Below, one piece after another: positions 9,167-16,521 of a stretch of DNA of 43,471 bases. The DNA is from a virus. Where the stretch lies: positions 1 through 43,471 of IMG/VR virus record IMGVR_UViG_3300048916_000050; one strand, given 5' to 3'. The first letter of the stretch is position 1. Every line of letters starts with the position of its first letter. The position numbers and the translations under genes were made by a program. Below the pieces are notes generated by a model that was not told where the DNA came from, searched no databases, and saw only the letters and a program-made list of their open reading frames with translations.

Positions 9167-9339
9167 CCCGAGATCGACCGGTAATCAGCCTCTTCCTCGG
9201 CAGTCGTGGGCCGTGTTTCCCAAGCCCCGTTACGCCACCTGCGCATCTCCTGCGGGCTTTCCATCTGCCATTCACGGCAAAACCGCTCGCGATAGAGCAG
9301 CAATAGCGTCGTCGGTAGCCAGAACAGTTTCTTCAGCAT
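9163..9339 (-). CDS. small antisense ORF (58 aa) between the tail esterase and endolysin genes
   Basis: ATG 9339 is preceded by AGGAGA at 5 nt. The N-terminus is hydrophobic (MLKKLFWLPTTLLLLY). No recognisable family. Confidence 0.3.
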   Translation of the reverse strand: MLKKLFWLPTTLLLLYRERFCREWQMESPQEMRRWRNGAWETRPTTAEEEADYRSISG

Positions 9340-9385
9340 GGGCGTCTCCTGCTGAATTCTTACCTCATCATCGAAGGAAAATCCA

Positions 9386-9946
9386 ATGGATCGAGGACAC
9401 TTCTTCGACGCCGTTCGCGACACCATGTTCGGCGGCTCGCTATCTCAGTCTCAGGTAAACGGGATAGAGGCCCTTCTGGACGCCTGCGCAGCCCTTCAGG
9501 TAGCCGATCAGCGCCAGGTGGCTTACATCCTCGCCACGGCCTTCCACGAGACGGCAAAGACGATGCAGCCGATTGCCGAGTACGGCAAGGGGAAGGGCCG
9601 CAAGTATGGCGTTCCGGGCCGCAATGGAGGTCAGGTGCCTTATGGCCGCGGCTTCGTCCAGACGACGTGGGACGACAACTACGAGCGGACAGACCGTGAG
9701 CTTGGCATCAATGGCCGGCTGATCGCCAACTACAATCTGCTCCTGACTGACATCGACATGGCCGCGAAAGCCGCCGTCCGTGGCATGGCCGAAGGCTGGT
9801 ACACCGGAAAGAAGCTGCGCGATTATTTCAACGCGACGGCGGCCGATTACGTGAACGCGCGCCGTATCATTAACGGTACCGACAAAGCCCAGACTATCGC
9901 CGGCTATGCCAAGCTCTTCAATTCAGCCTTGAGGGACGCGGCGTGA
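9386..9946 (+). CDS. endolysin (GH19/chitinase-like lysozyme family)
   Basis: 'LATAFHETAKTMQPIAEYG..YGRGFVQTTWDDNY' catalytic-region pattern. Located upstream of the holin and spanins. Confidence 0.8.
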   Translation: MDRGHFFDAVRDTMFGGSLSQSQVNGIEALLDACAALQVADQRQVAYILATAFHETAKTMQPIAEYGKGKGRKYGVPGRNGGQVPYGRGFVQTTWDDNYERTDRELGINGRLIANYNLLLTDIDMAAKAAVRGMAEGWYTGKKLRDYFNATAADYVNARRIINGTDKAQTIAGYAKLFNSALRDAA

Positions 9947-10233
9947 AGTTCTTCATGGATCACGTCGCTTCGCCTGATTGGTCGGTGCGCCGCCGCATCA
10001 TCATTCTTACGCTCATCTGGAGCGCCGGGGTCATCACCTATCTGGCTATCCTCGGCCGGGACATCTCTCTCAGCGACACGATCGCCATGAACCTGATCCT
10101 GCTGATGGGCGGCATCATCGGCTCGTACGTCTTCGGCGCTGTCTGGGAAAAGAACGTAGCCCGGAAGACTGACGTGGCGCAGCAGGCGGTAGAGCAGGGC
10201 GAGACTGACACTCAGGTGAAGGTGGAGCCCTGA
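9943..10233 (+). CDS. holin-like protein (two TM helices)
   Basis: 96 aa with TMs 'RIIILTLIWSAGVITYLAIL' and 'IAMNLILLMGGIIGSYVFGAVW' and a charged C-terminus. GTGA overlap with the endolysin gene. Confidence 0.6.
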   Translation: MKFFMDHVASPDWSVRRRIIILTLIWSAGVITYLAILGRDISLSDTIAMNLILLMGGIIGSYVFGAVWEKNVARKTDVAQQAVEQGETDTQVKVEP

Positions 10234-10295
10234 TGCTCGGAATCCTCGACTATCTCAAGCTCGGAGCCGGCGTGGCGGCGGGGCGGCGGGGCTGA
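10233..10295 (+). other. 20-codon frame encoding what looks like the detached N-terminus/TMD start of the i-spanin
   Basis: MLGILDYLKLGAGVAAGRRG*. ATG overlaps the holin stop (TGATG). The frame terminates at the TGA that overlaps ATG 10295. Confidence 0.4.
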
Positions 10296-10603
10296 TGCTC
10301 TATCACCTCTACGCCGTGATGATCGGCTATCCATCCGCCGCTCGAGAGGCACGGCAGGGCTATGTGCTCATCGCCGAAAAGACTGCGGCAGAAGCTCGAG
10401 CCGCAGAGATGGAACGCCAGCGCAATGCGGCGGCCCAGGCAACCGAAGAACACCGCAAGCGCCTCGAGGCCGCACAGGCTCAAGAGCAGGCTGCCAAAGA
10501 CACCCTCGAGAACGAGATCCTCTCCTATGAACGCATCCTTTCTGAAAAGAACCGCGCTTGTGCTGTTACTGCCGCTGATCGTGATTGGCTGCTCAAGCAC
10601 TGA
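10295..10603 (+). CDS. Rz-like i-spanin body (periplasmic coiled-coil part; lacks a full N-terminal TMD as annotated)
   Basis: Ala/Glu/Gln-rich coiled-coil 'AEKTAAEARAAEMERQRNAAAQATEEHRKRLEAAQAQEQAAK'. The o-spanin gene starts inside it in another frame. Confidence 0.6.
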   Translation: MLYHLYAVMIGYPSAAREARQGYVLIAEKTAAEARAAEMERQRNAAAQATEEHRKRLEAAQAQEQAAKDTLENEILSYERILSEKNRACAVTAADRDWLLKH

Positions 10604-10835
10604 ACGGCTGAACCGTGCGGCTACCGCGCAAGGACAGGCGAAAGCGGGCGTCATTCTTCCGGCGCTTCCCGATGATCTGCGCAAGCTCGAGCCGCATGCC
10701 GCGGTCACGGAAGGCCAGCCGGTGATTTCGATCCTTGCTCGAGAGAGACAAGCCCTTGACCGCGCCAACGCCCGTCAGGGGCGCACGGTGCTGTTCTACG
10801 ACGACATCAAATCGAAATACGAGGTAAAGCGCTGA
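10527..10835 (+). CDS. Rz1-like o-spanin (outer-membrane lipoprotein), overlapped architecture
   Basis: MNASFLKRTALVLLLPLIVIGC|SS: signal peptide plus lipobox. The gene starts within the i-spanin gene and extends beyond it. Confidence 0.75.
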   Translation: MNASFLKRTALVLLLPLIVIGCSSTERLNRAATAQGQAKAGVILPALPDDLRKLEPHAAVTEGQPVISILARERQALDRANARQGRTVLFYDDIKSKYEVKR

Positions 10836-12697
10836 TGGCCACACCCATTGTCGTCGTCCCGAGCGGCGGTATCCCTGTAACTGAAGTCACCAGCGGCTTC
10901 GGAACCCCCGTCACGGTGGCTACCAATGGCTTCGGGATGGCCGTAACAATCGTTTCATCTGGCGGCTTGCCAGTAGTAGGAAGCGGCCCATCTATACCAG
11001 CCGCAATCTTTGGCCCTGTCTCGCGCGAAAGCGGTAAGGACGGCTCACCGGGAACGAATTTCACCCTTGATGTTGTCGGCGCCACCGGCATTCAATGGTA
11101 TCGAATGGCTCTGGCTTCGCCCTATTCCGTCACCAAGATCAACGGCGCGACAAGCGCCGTCTACACTTCGACCACCAATGATATCGGCTATCGCCTTGTT
11201 GCCGTCTATACGGAAAGCGGAACCGAAAAGGCTGCCAAGACGCTGCAGGTTGTCTTCGCCGCACCTGTCATGATCGATGCGATGGAGAACCTGACCAGCA
11301 TTACTGGATCGGCAACCTTTCGCTCTCTCGACACGGTTCGCAAAGTGCAGGGGACGAATTCAGTCGCGGTCCAATCGAACGGCGCCGACAGCACCAACAA
11401 CGCCACGCGCACAACGAGCTTCTCCGCTGATCCTAGCACACTCGGCGTAATCCACTATTATCTGAATGCCGGCACATGGCTTGAAGAAACCTTGATGACC
11501 AACGGCCAGGGTATGCGTTTTTCATCTAATGGCCAAACCCCTCAATTTGACCCGGATGCAGGAGACGCCGGCCCTCTCGCCAACAACATCCTCAATGGAA
11601 TGTGGCATTCATTCGATGTTTCCGAATATACAGAATTCACAAATGACGGGGCTGGCGCAATCCGCTGGCACTGGCAACCTTCCGGCCATTTGACCCCATA
11701 TCTCGATCGCACAAATATTGACGCGATCATGGCGAACTCCAAAGGGCGCCCAACCATCGTTCTCCAGTTCGATGACGCAGTAGACAACCAGATGACGGCG
11801 GCCGTCCCGATAATGGATCAGTATAGCATCAAGGGCTCGTTCATGGTCCCTTGGGGCAATGTAGGAACGGCCGGCAGATATACAACCAGCCAGATTCTGG
11901 CAGCATTTGCCAACGGCCATGATTTCCAGCTCGACGGAACCAGCGACGATTCAATCATGAACACCCGGACGGATATCGCCACCTTGACGACCGAGTTGAC
12001 CGCTGGAATCGCCTATATCCAGAGCCTTCTTGGTTATGCCCCTCGCGCGATCTGCTATCCGAACGGCTCTTTCAACCGGTCCACCGGGAATAATTTCGTA
12101 TCTCACCTGGCTACGTCGGATGGAGCGAACCCAACGCATCTGATTGCCGGCGCGGGCGTCACGTTCGATGCTGGGATTGTTGCCGGAAAGCGCGTCATTT
12201 ATGCCAATGCTCCGACCGGCCTGACAGTCGCCGCCCGCAACAGCGATACCGACTTGACGCTCTCCGCACAAATCCCGCTACGAGCCACAGAGACACTGAC
12301 GCGCTTCGGCATCGCGCAAGACGAGTTCTCGACCGAGCGCATGCAAAACATGCTCTCAGGGCTTGGTATCCGCTCCGCTCGCACCACTAACGGCGGGGTG
12401 TTTTCTGACCGCTTCGGTTGGGCCGGCCGCGGCCTCATCCTACCCGGCAACACAACGACGCAATTGGCATGGGCCGATATCCTGCCGACAGTGCAGAAAG
12501 CGATCCTGCGTGGCTCGACTGCCATCTTTTACATTCACGGCGTAACGGATAGTCAGGCCTCCAACCTGAACATGCCGATCGCGGTGTTTACTGAGATTGT
12601 CCAGCAACTTGCAGCCTTGCGCGATGCGGGGACAATAGATGTTCTCACACAGCGCCAGGTGGATGATCGACAATTTGGCGCTGGCGTGCCTATTTAA
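10835..12697 (+). CDS. large protein with a fiber-like Gly/Pro/Val/Thr-repeat N-terminus and a C-terminal polysaccharide deacetylase (CE4/NodB-like) domain
   Basis: N-terminus 'GGIPVTEVTSGFGTPVTVATNGFGMAVTIVSSGGLPVV'. C-terminal half has 'PTIVLQFDD', 'NGHDFQLDG' and 'ICYPNGSFN', resembling CE4 motifs. Start overlaps the o-spanin stop (TGATG). Confidence 0.65.
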   Translation: MATPIVVVPSGGIPVTEVTSGFGTPVTVATNGFGMAVTIVSSGGLPVVGSGPSIPAAIFGPVSRESGKDGSPGTNFTLDVVGATGIQWYRMALASPYSVTKINGATSAVYTSTTNDIGYRLVAVYTESGTEKAAKTLQVVFAAPVMIDAMENLTSITGSATFRSLDTVRKVQGTNSVAVQSNGADSTNNATRTTSFSADPSTLGVIHYYLNAGTWLEETLMTNGQGMRFSSNGQTPQFDPDAGDAGPLANNILNGMWHSFDVSEYTEFTNDGAGAIRWHWQPSGHLTPYLDRTNIDAIMANSKGRPTIVLQFDDAVDNQMTAAVPIMDQYSIKGSFMVPWGNVGTAGRYTTSQILAAFANGHDFQLDGTSDDSIMNTRTDIATLTTELTAGIAYIQSLLGYAPRAICYPNGSFNRSTGNNFVSHLATSDGANPTHLIAGAGVTFDAGIVAGKRVIYANAPTGLTVAARNSDTDLTLSAQIPLRATETLTRFGIAQDEFSTERMQNMLSGLGIRSARTTNGGVFSDRFGWAGRGLILPGNTTTQLAWADILPTVQKAILRGSTAIFYIHGVTDSQASNLNMPIAVFTEIVQQLAALRDAGTIDVLTQRQVDDRQFGAGVPI

Positions 12698-12807
12698 TCC
12701 AACCATTACCCAAAAGGATCTCGGTTTCTATTTTCTCTCTATGTCGGAACTGTGGGAACGTGATAACCTTGGGTATCAGCAGCTTCTTGCGTCGTAATAG
12801 GGTAAAC

Positions 12808-13566
12808 ATGGCTACCTTCGTACTACAGAACAATTCCACGGGGCTCCACGAGATACCCCGGAATCAGATGATGGTAGCTGAGTTCTGTCATAGCCACGGG
12901 CACGATATCGTGGATCGCTCAATGACCAAGGACTTCGATCCAGACCGATTGCCGGAAGATCTGGGAGACATCTTGGTCTATGGTTCGGTTCCATGGATGA
13001 AGGCCTTTGCCTCAAGCCGCCGGTTCGGCGCACAGATATCATTCTACCCAAAGGCTTTCGCAGCATCTACATGGGCGCCTGTTTTTGGGCGGGATTCTGT
13101 AAACGGCAACGGCCAGCTTGTTCTCGCCTCTGATGTTCCAGAGGTTCTTGCCAGTGGCCCGCATCACCTCCGTCCCGATATGGAAGACAAGGCGTTTGCT
13201 GGAGCTGTGTACGACATGGCGACTTGGGCAGCTTTGAACATCGATCCCGACGTTCAAGTTTGGGCGTCAGCTCCAAAGAAGATCTACGCGGAATTCCGAA
13301 CGTGGATTATCGAAGGTAATGTGGTTGACACGACGCAATATCGAAAGGACGGCGACAATGTTCGTATCCATGTCGAAGACAACGCCATTGCGGGATCAGT
13401 ACAGGGCTTGGTCGATGTCTACTCCCCGCACCGGAATTTTGTGATTGATACCGCCAATACAGACGACGGCCTTCAGGTTTTAGAGTTCAATTCAATCCAC
13501 TGCTCTGGATTCTACGCCGCTGATATCGAGCGAGTGCTGAGCGCATGGGTGACGGCGGCTCACTAA
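12808..13566 (+). CDS. ATP-grasp-like protein (phage R2K/DUF4343-type)
   Basis: The C-terminal pattern 'EFRTWIIEGNVV..Y..VIDTA..DDGLQVLEFNSIHCSGFY' is as recalled for phage ATP-grasp DUF4343 proteins. An alternative GTG start lies at 12760. Confidence 0.5.
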   Translation: MATFVLQNNSTGLHEIPRNQMMVAEFCHSHGHDIVDRSMTKDFDPDRLPEDLGDILVYGSVPWMKAFASSRRFGAQISFYPKAFAASTWAPVFGRDSVNGNGQLVLASDVPEVLASGPHHLRPDMEDKAFAGAVYDMATWAALNIDPDVQVWASAPKKIYAEFRTWIIEGNVVDTTQYRKDGDNVRIHVEDNAIAGSVQGLVDVYSPHRNFVIDTANTDDGLQVLEFNSIHCSGFYAADIERVLSAWVTAAH

Positions 13567-13597
13567 TCCCGATCGCCTATCATCAACCGACCCCCAA

Positions 13598-13626
13598 CCG
13601 TCGCCCACCAGCGGCGGTTTTTCTTT
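13598..13626 (+). terminator. rho-independent terminator
   Basis: CCGTCGC-ccacca-GCGGCGG stem (one G-U pair) followed by TTTTTCTTT, 30 nt after the ATP-grasp stop. Confidence 0.6.
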
Positions 13627-13790
13627 ACCCAAAAGCAGCCGCCTCATCCGCTCTAACGGACAAGGCGGCCTAACCTTCAAGATTCACTGGAAATCGAGAC
13701 GGCTGGAACGCAGCGTACCAGATCAAGGTTTCTCAATTGCTAAAATGGCATATGCAGGGCATTTGAATGAGCGAGATAGAGGTGACGGGC

Positions 13791-14267
13791 ATGAACTTCC
13801 CGGAAAAAGGCAGGATCGAGTGGAATCTGAATACGATTGTGATGATCGGCGGCATTTTCCTCGCCACTCTGGCAAACGTGGCAATCGCGGCCATTTCTTG
13901 GAACGACACCAAGCGCGATATCCAGGAAATTCAGGAGCAGGTCAAATCCGAAACCCAAGCCAGGCAGGCAAGGGGATTAGTGACGGATGGCCGCTTCACC
14001 GATCTCAATAAGGCTGTCGCCGAAATCGCCCCGTTATCGTTTCAGGTCACTCGTGTCATCGAAGCATCTGCCGAGAACAAGAAGGGCGTTGAAGCAGCCA
14101 ACGACCGGATTGACAGGGTGGTGGAATCTATCGGCGGGAAGCTGGATACCGTCATCGAGAACGTGAACAAGCTTGCCACCCGCGTTGAGGTGTTTGGGAG
14201 CAAGCTAGACGATCAGGCGGCGCGCACCAACAAGACCCTGTTTCGAACGCCGATCATCCGCCCATAA
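13791..14267 (+). CDS. membrane-anchored coiled-coil protein, unknown function
   Basis: TM 'IVMIGGIFLATLANVAIAAI' followed by heptad-like repeats. GAGGTGA lies 6 nt before ATG 13791; the ORF also opens at ATG 13767. Confidence 0.6.
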   Translation: MNFPEKGRIEWNLNTIVMIGGIFLATLANVAIAAISWNDTKRDIQEIQEQVKSETQARQARGLVTDGRFTDLNKAVAEIAPLSFQVTRVIEASAENKKGVEAANDRIDRVVESIGGKLDTVIENVNKLATRVEVFGSKLDDQAARTNKTLFRTPIIRP

Positions 14268-14349
14268 TCCCCTTCCAAAGCCCATAGACGGCATATCCTG
14301 CCAGCAGAAGGGCGAATATGATCGTATGCGGGGTGTAGTGGCGGAGCAT
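14254..14349 (-). CDS. possible 31-aa single-TM peptide at the end of the accessory operon
   Basis: MLRHYTPHTIIFALLLAGYAVYGLWKGIMGG*. Its ATG shares the A of the upstream TGA. Confidence 0.2.
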   Translation of the reverse strand: MLRHYTPHTIIFALLLAGYAVYGLWKGIMGG

Positions 14350-14525
14350 CAAAGTCCGATCTTGGCGAGCAGTTTTAGAATAGCGTAGTGCATCGGGTGT
14401 TCCCTACGAAACCACGGCTCTTGCCATACCTGCCAGCCCTCCTCCTGATGAATCTCGAAATTAGATGTCAACCATTGGCGGGTTTCTTCGTCTGCATACG
14501 CTTCATTTACGCTCTTCACCTTCAT
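14349..14525 (-). CDS. hypothetical small protein (58 aa)
   Basis: ATG 14525 overlaps the upstream stop (ATGA). GGAGAAGG lies upstream. Confidence 0.45.
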   Translation of the reverse strand: MKVKSVNEAYADEETRQWLTSNFEIHQEEGWQVWQEPWFRREHPMHYAILKLLAKIGL

Positions 14526-15022
14526 CCTGCCTTCTCCATATGCGCCCTGTCGAATTCCTTTATCATCTCCAGTGCCGTAATGACGGACAGGCACAGGGCA
14601 ATTGCCTGCCTACCAGACGGCCGCAAATCAACATCGGTTGCGTCAGCCCAATCGACATCCTGGCTAAACTCTCGCTTCAAGCGCTCGCCGTGCTCTGGAT
14701 TGTTAAAATCGGGGAATACCCAGGCGTCATCTGATACGCAGCACGTCGCGACGCGCCACCCCCATCCTGGCAACGCCTTCTCGCACATTTTTACAGCAGC
14801 ATCGATGGATGAAGTCACTCGCGGAGCCTCTTCAAGGTAGAATTCCCCACCTTCAATGAGATTTCCAGTTATGCCCCATTTGATAGGTATCGAGCGGACT
14901 GAACCAAACATAGACGTATAAGGATACGCGCCCGTTCTAGGCATGACCGCTGCGCAGATAGCGACATCCAGCTCACGGCTTGGCACCGTATACCCCCTCA
15001 GCATCTCGATCATCTCAGTCAT
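14522..15022 (-). CDS. hypothetical protein, phage ABA-sandwich-domain-like
   Basis: 'SRELDVAICAAVM..' and 'SSIDAAVKMCEKAL..W' resemble the RELDALIAxxVMG ... STDIAAAWxVVEK pattern. Start at 15022 sits within the repeated gene-start cassette. Confidence 0.55.
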   Translation of the reverse strand: MTEMIEMLRGYTVPSRELDVAICAAVMPRTGAYPYTSMFGSVRSIPIKWGITGNLIEGGEFYLEEAPRVTSSIDAAVKMCEKALPGWGWRVATCCVSDDAWVFPDFNNPEHGERLKREFSQDVDWADATDVDLRPSGRQAIALCLSVITALEMIKEFDRAHMEKAG

Positions 15023-15033
15023 TGGGCTCTCCT
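15007..15033 (-). repeat. gene-start cassette copy (AGGAGAGCCCAATGACTGAGATGATCG)
   Basis: The 27-nt string is identical to 15631-15657. It includes the SD, the ATG and the first five codons (MTEMI). Confidence 0.85.
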
Positions 15034-15054
15034 TCAGGGTGTAGCGCGAGAACA

Positions 15055-15378
15055 TCAGGATTTTGCCTCAAATTCATATGCAGCTATGGCGGCTATAGCA
15101 GCATACCGATAATCGACGCTCACGTTACGAGGCAGTGCAGCTGCGATATTGTCACGGATTGCATCGGCAACGCGGTTGATTCTTGTCTGTGTACCAGTCT
15201 TTTCAAGAGCTGACTTGCCGGTCGCGGTAATTTCGTATCCACCTGTTTCAACCCAGCGGATCAGGCCCATATTGACGAGCGTCATCAACTCACCGTCCTC
15301 TCGGCACCTGCTATAGCAACCAGGATTCCCATTGATCGCTCGCAGATCCTGAAGCTGCACTTTCGTCAGAGCTTCCAT
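15055..15378 (-). CDS. hypothetical protein (possible winged-helix N-terminus)
   Basis: ATG 15378 is preceded by AAGGAGAG. 107 aa. Confidence 0.55.
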   Translation of the reverse strand: MEALTKVQLQDLRAINGNPGCYSRCREDGELMTLVNMGLIRWVETGGYEITATGKSALEKTGTQTRINRVADAIRDNIAAALPRNVSVDYRYAAIAAIAAYEFEAKS

Positions 15379-15388
15379 CGTTCTCTCC

Positions 15389-15646
15389 TTACGAACCGCG
15401 ATCATTCAGTGCCGCATCTATCATAACAGGCCACGCCGCTTCCGCATCCATGCTCTCGTAAGCTGAAGCAATGTATCCGCGTCTGTCCTCTTCAGCCTCT
15501 ACTGCGTCAAGCATGGCTTTGGAAGGGGTGCGCATGGCCTTGATGGCCGCCAGCGCGTACCTCTGCGCAACTGGCAGATCCAGGCCGTCAGATATTTCCA
15601 TCTCGTCAAAGATGGCTTGCGTCACGCGCGCGATCATCTCAGTCAT
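15389..15646 (-). CDS. hypothetical small acidic protein (85 aa)
   Basis: ATG 15646 sits within the repeated cassette. The motif 'AAIKAMRTPSKAMLDAV..W..MIDAAL' is common in alphaproteobacterial prophage small proteins. Confidence 0.55.
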   Translation of the reverse strand: MTEMIARVTQAIFDEMEISDGLDLPVAQRYALAAIKAMRTPSKAMLDAVEAEEDRRGYIASAYESMDAEAAWPVMIDAALNDRGS

Positions 15647-15657
15647 TGGGCTCTCCT
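15631..15657 (-). repeat. gene-start cassette copy (AGGAGAGCCCAATGACTGAGATGATCG)
   Basis: Identical 27-mer to 15007-15033. Confidence 0.85.
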
Positions 15658-16223
15658 CACACCTCGTCTTTGAGGGCAACTTCATGCAAGTGACGATCGA
15701 ACGACGCACGCATATAGTCGATTGCCTGCCCCTTGCTGATCATGCCTTCATTGCCCGTATAGTGAGAACCCCATACGGCGATGTTCTGTGCAGTGGATTC
15801 GGCGACACGGCCGAGGAATTTCTTCATCATCTCGAAGGCGCGGCGTTCAATACGGGTTGCCGTCTTCGGGTCCACGACTGCGCACTTGGCAATGAACAGT
15901 GTATCGTCGCCGCGCTTCTCCTCCGAGATTTCGATGAGGTTATTGCGCAGCAAATGATCCGCTATAGCGCGTGACAAGCCCACGGCGACATCCTGCTTAG
16001 CGCCGGCGGGGACAGGATGGTGCTTGAATTCTTCCCTGGCATAGACGATCTCGACCTTTTCTTCGGCTGCCGTTTTAGTATTGCATTCCGGGCATGGGTA
16101 GGTTCTCGACGATTCTTCCGCCAGCATCGGCACGGCGGACATATCAGCGAAGCGCGCGCTAAGCCGCATCCGAACCGGCAGCCTGATAAAACGGTCTCCA
16201 CTGCAAATCACGCATTCAGTCAT
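15657..16223 (-). CDS. hypothetical protein with an N-terminal CxxC...CPxC zinc-ribbon-like motif
   Basis: 'CVICSGD...YPCPECN'. 188 aa, first gene of the accessory operon, start within the repeated cassette. Confidence 0.6.
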   Translation of the reverse strand: MTECVICSGDRFIRLPVRMRLSARFADMSAVPMLAEESSRTYPCPECNTKTAAEEKVEIVYAREEFKHHPVPAGAKQDVAVGLSRAIADHLLRNNLIEISEEKRGDDTLFIAKCAVVDPKTATRIERRAFEMMKKFLGRVAESTAQNIAVWGSHYTGNEGMISKGQAIDYMRASFDRHLHEVALKDEV

Positions 16224-16234
16224 TGGGCTCTCCT
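16216..16234 (-). repeat. gene-start cassette, shorter copy (AGGAGAGCCCAATGACTGA)
   Basis: 19 nt shared with the two 27-mers (MTE...). Confidence 0.8.
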
Positions 16235-16295
16235 TTCATTGTAGTGTGGAATGCCGTTAGGCAAGATATCCACAGGTGTCGATTTCGGTGGATTT

Positions 16296-16356
16296 CATTT
16301 TACAATATCCACTGGACGCCACGAGAACTCTAGGGCTGCAGCGGCTTCATTTTACA
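16296..16356 (+). repeat. attP arm: two direct copies of TTCATTTTACA
   Basis: CATTTTACA at 16296-16304 and 16348-16356, in the same orientation as the copies right of the core. Confidence 0.5.
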
Positions 16357-16400
16357 CCAATGCTCCGGCTACTGAACTGATATTACTCGATATGCGATCG

Positions 16401-16447
16401 GATTTGTAATCAGGGGGTCACGAGTTCGAACCTTGTCGGGGGCACCA
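16401..16447 (+). other. attP core: 3' portion of a tRNA gene (T-arm, acceptor 3' strand, CCA)
   Basis: GATTTGTAATCAGG-GGGTC-ACGAG-TTCGAAC-CTTGT-CGGGGGC-A-CCA. There is no matching 5' half upstream. Located 75 nt from the integrase gene end. Confidence 0.7.
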
Positions 16448-16491
16448 TTTCTCTTTTAATTTCAGTCTGTTACGGCATGCTAGGAAATTCC

Positions 16492-16519
16492 TATTTTACA
16501 GGTTTTCCCGTATTTTACA
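16492..16519 (+). repeat. attP arm: two direct copies of TATTTTACA
   Basis: 16492-16500 and 16511-16519, between the core and the integrase stop. Confidence 0.5.
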
Positions 16520-16521
16520 AA

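Noticed and set aside
13636-13672. Second hairpin (GCCGCC...GGCGGC) after the 13598 terminator, as a minus-strand terminator
   Set aside because: There is no minus-strand gene upstream of it to terminate, and the loop is long. It is probably incidental or part of a bidirectional terminator region.
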